Of a DNA stretch of 34,095 nt, positions 33,075 through 34,095 are shown piece after piece; the first letter of the stretch is position 1, and the number at the start of each line of letters is the position of its first letter. The position numbers were made by a program, and so were the translations under genes. The notes beneath the pieces are model-generated. The model did no database searches. It saw nothing but the letters and a program-made list of their open reading frames with translations, and had not been told where the DNA came from. The stretch covers positions 1-34,095 of the forward strand of contig JAXLQJ010000071.1 in assembly GCA_046331705.1 (NCBI GenBank), in the 5' to 3' direction. The stretch is from a bacterium. GTDB lineage: Bacteria; JADJOY01.

Positions 33075-33586
33075 CGCGACGGCTCCCGTAGCCAGGCGAG
33101 CAGACCGCCCGCCGCCAGCACCGCCTCGACGTAGGGGTCGCGCGGCAAGAGCGCGATCGACGACCCGCGATCGCACCGGATCAGGAGCCGCGCGGCGGGA
33201 TCGAGGTGCACCGACTCGTGAGTCGCGATGTCCACGTCGGGCGCGTCGGGATCGATCGTCCAGCACGGTAGGCCGCGGGCGATCGCGCTGCGCTGGAAGA
33301 TGCGGCCGAAGCTCCGCGCGACCACGGCGCGCACGCCGTTTTGCGACAGGGATTGCAGTGTCGTCTCGCGACTCGACCCGCAGCCGAAGTTCCGGCCGGC
33401 GACGATGATCCAGCTCGGGTCGGCGACGGCACCGGCCGCATTGTCGGCGAGGCCGGCCAGGAAGCCCCGCTGCACGTGCGCCGGATCGAGCGAGAAGAAT
33501 GCGGGCGGATGAAGCTGGTCGGCGTTGACGTGATCGCCGAACACGAGCGCGCGCGCGGCGGGGAAGGGTGCGACGGACGAAATCAT
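33071..33586 (-). CDS. LeuD/HacB-like aconitase-family dehydratase small subunit (divergent)
   Basis: FGDHVNADQLHP, IIVAGRNFGCGSSRE, VVARSFGRIF, VLAAGGLL. Confidence 0.88.
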   Translation of the reverse strand: MISSVAPFPAARALVFGDHVNADQLHPPAFFSLDPAHVQRGFLAGLADNAAGAVADPSWIIVAGRNFGCGSSRETTLQSLSQNGVRAVVARSFGRIFQRSAIARGLPCWTIDPDAPDVDIATHESVHLDPAARLLIRCDRGSSIALLPRDPYVEAVLAAGGLLAWLREPSR

Positions 33587-33605
33587 CGGGCGCGTCCGGT
33601 CGTGA

Positions 33606-34095
33606 TCACGCTGCCGAGGCCGGTGCCTTCGCCACGAGGAACGAACGGGGATCCGCGATCTCCCCCGCGATGGCCGACGCGGCCACGGTCGCGGCGCTCG
33701 CCAGCACGATCCGCGCGTCGCGATGACCCATTCGCCCAGGTCCGTTCCGATTCGAGGTGCTGATGCAGGTCTCGCCCGCGGCGAGGATGCCCTTGTCGAT
33801 CCCGCCGCACGCGCCACACGAGGAGTTGGTGATGAGCGCCCCCGCGGCGCTGAGCGCCTCGAGCGCACCGCTCGCGACGCTGGCGCGCCACACCCGCTCG
33901 CTCGCCGGAGTCACGATCAAGCGCACCCCGGGTGCCACCCGTCGTCCCCGCAGCACGCGCGCAGCGGCTTCGATCTCCTGGGCACGTCCCCCGGCACACG
34001 AGCCGATGAAGGCCTGCTGGATGCCGAGGCCGGCGAGCTCGCTGACGGGCACGACGTCGGCCGGCGAGCCGGGACGCGCGGCGAGCGGCACCAGC
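33606..34095 (-). CDS. LeuC/HacA-like aconitase-family dehydratase large subunit, 3' part (partial)
   Basis: FIGSCAGGR, SSCGACGG (three Fe-S Cys), STSNRN.GRMG, LASAATVAASAIAG. Confidence 0.9.
   Translation of the reverse strand, partial: LVPLAARPGSPADVVPVSELAGLGIQQAFIGSCAGGRAQEIEAAARVLRGRRVAPGVRLIVTPASERVWRASVASGALEALSAAGALITNSSCGACGGIDKGILAAGETCISTSNRNGPGRMGHRDARIVLASAATVAASAIAGEIADPRSFLVAKAPASAA

Overview
A GC-rich bacterial chromosomal segment whose gene content and order suggest a Myxococcota/deltaproteobacterial-type organism (inference). Left to right: (1) the end of a surface-glycan operon (GT tail, PHP hydrolase, UbiA-type polyprenyl-phosphate phosphoribosyltransferase, GT4 glycosyltransferases alternating with coiled-coil proteins); (2) pyrR-pyrB-pyrC-carA-carB-greA behind a sigma70-like promoter and a leader terminator; (3) alaC-like aminotransferase, hom and a glpX homologue that appears to have lost four of five metal ligands; (4) a Zn-ribbon/J-domain/TPR gene with a second-type dnaK, then crotonase, a MaoC-N protein, IHF alpha and a degenerate MCP; (5) a sigma54-preceded orphan gene, a small DUF4124-like protein and a radical SAM/SPASM enzyme, converging on a minus-strand operon of divergent LeuC/LeuD-like dehydratase, CxxC-less TrxB-fold flavoprotein, LuxE-like synthetase and LuxC-like reductase. 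That last cluster, cut by the window edge, is the best candidate for an undescribed pathway. No rRNA, tRNA, CRISPR or mobile element was seen. Comparisons with reference proteins are from memory of family motifs, not from database searches.
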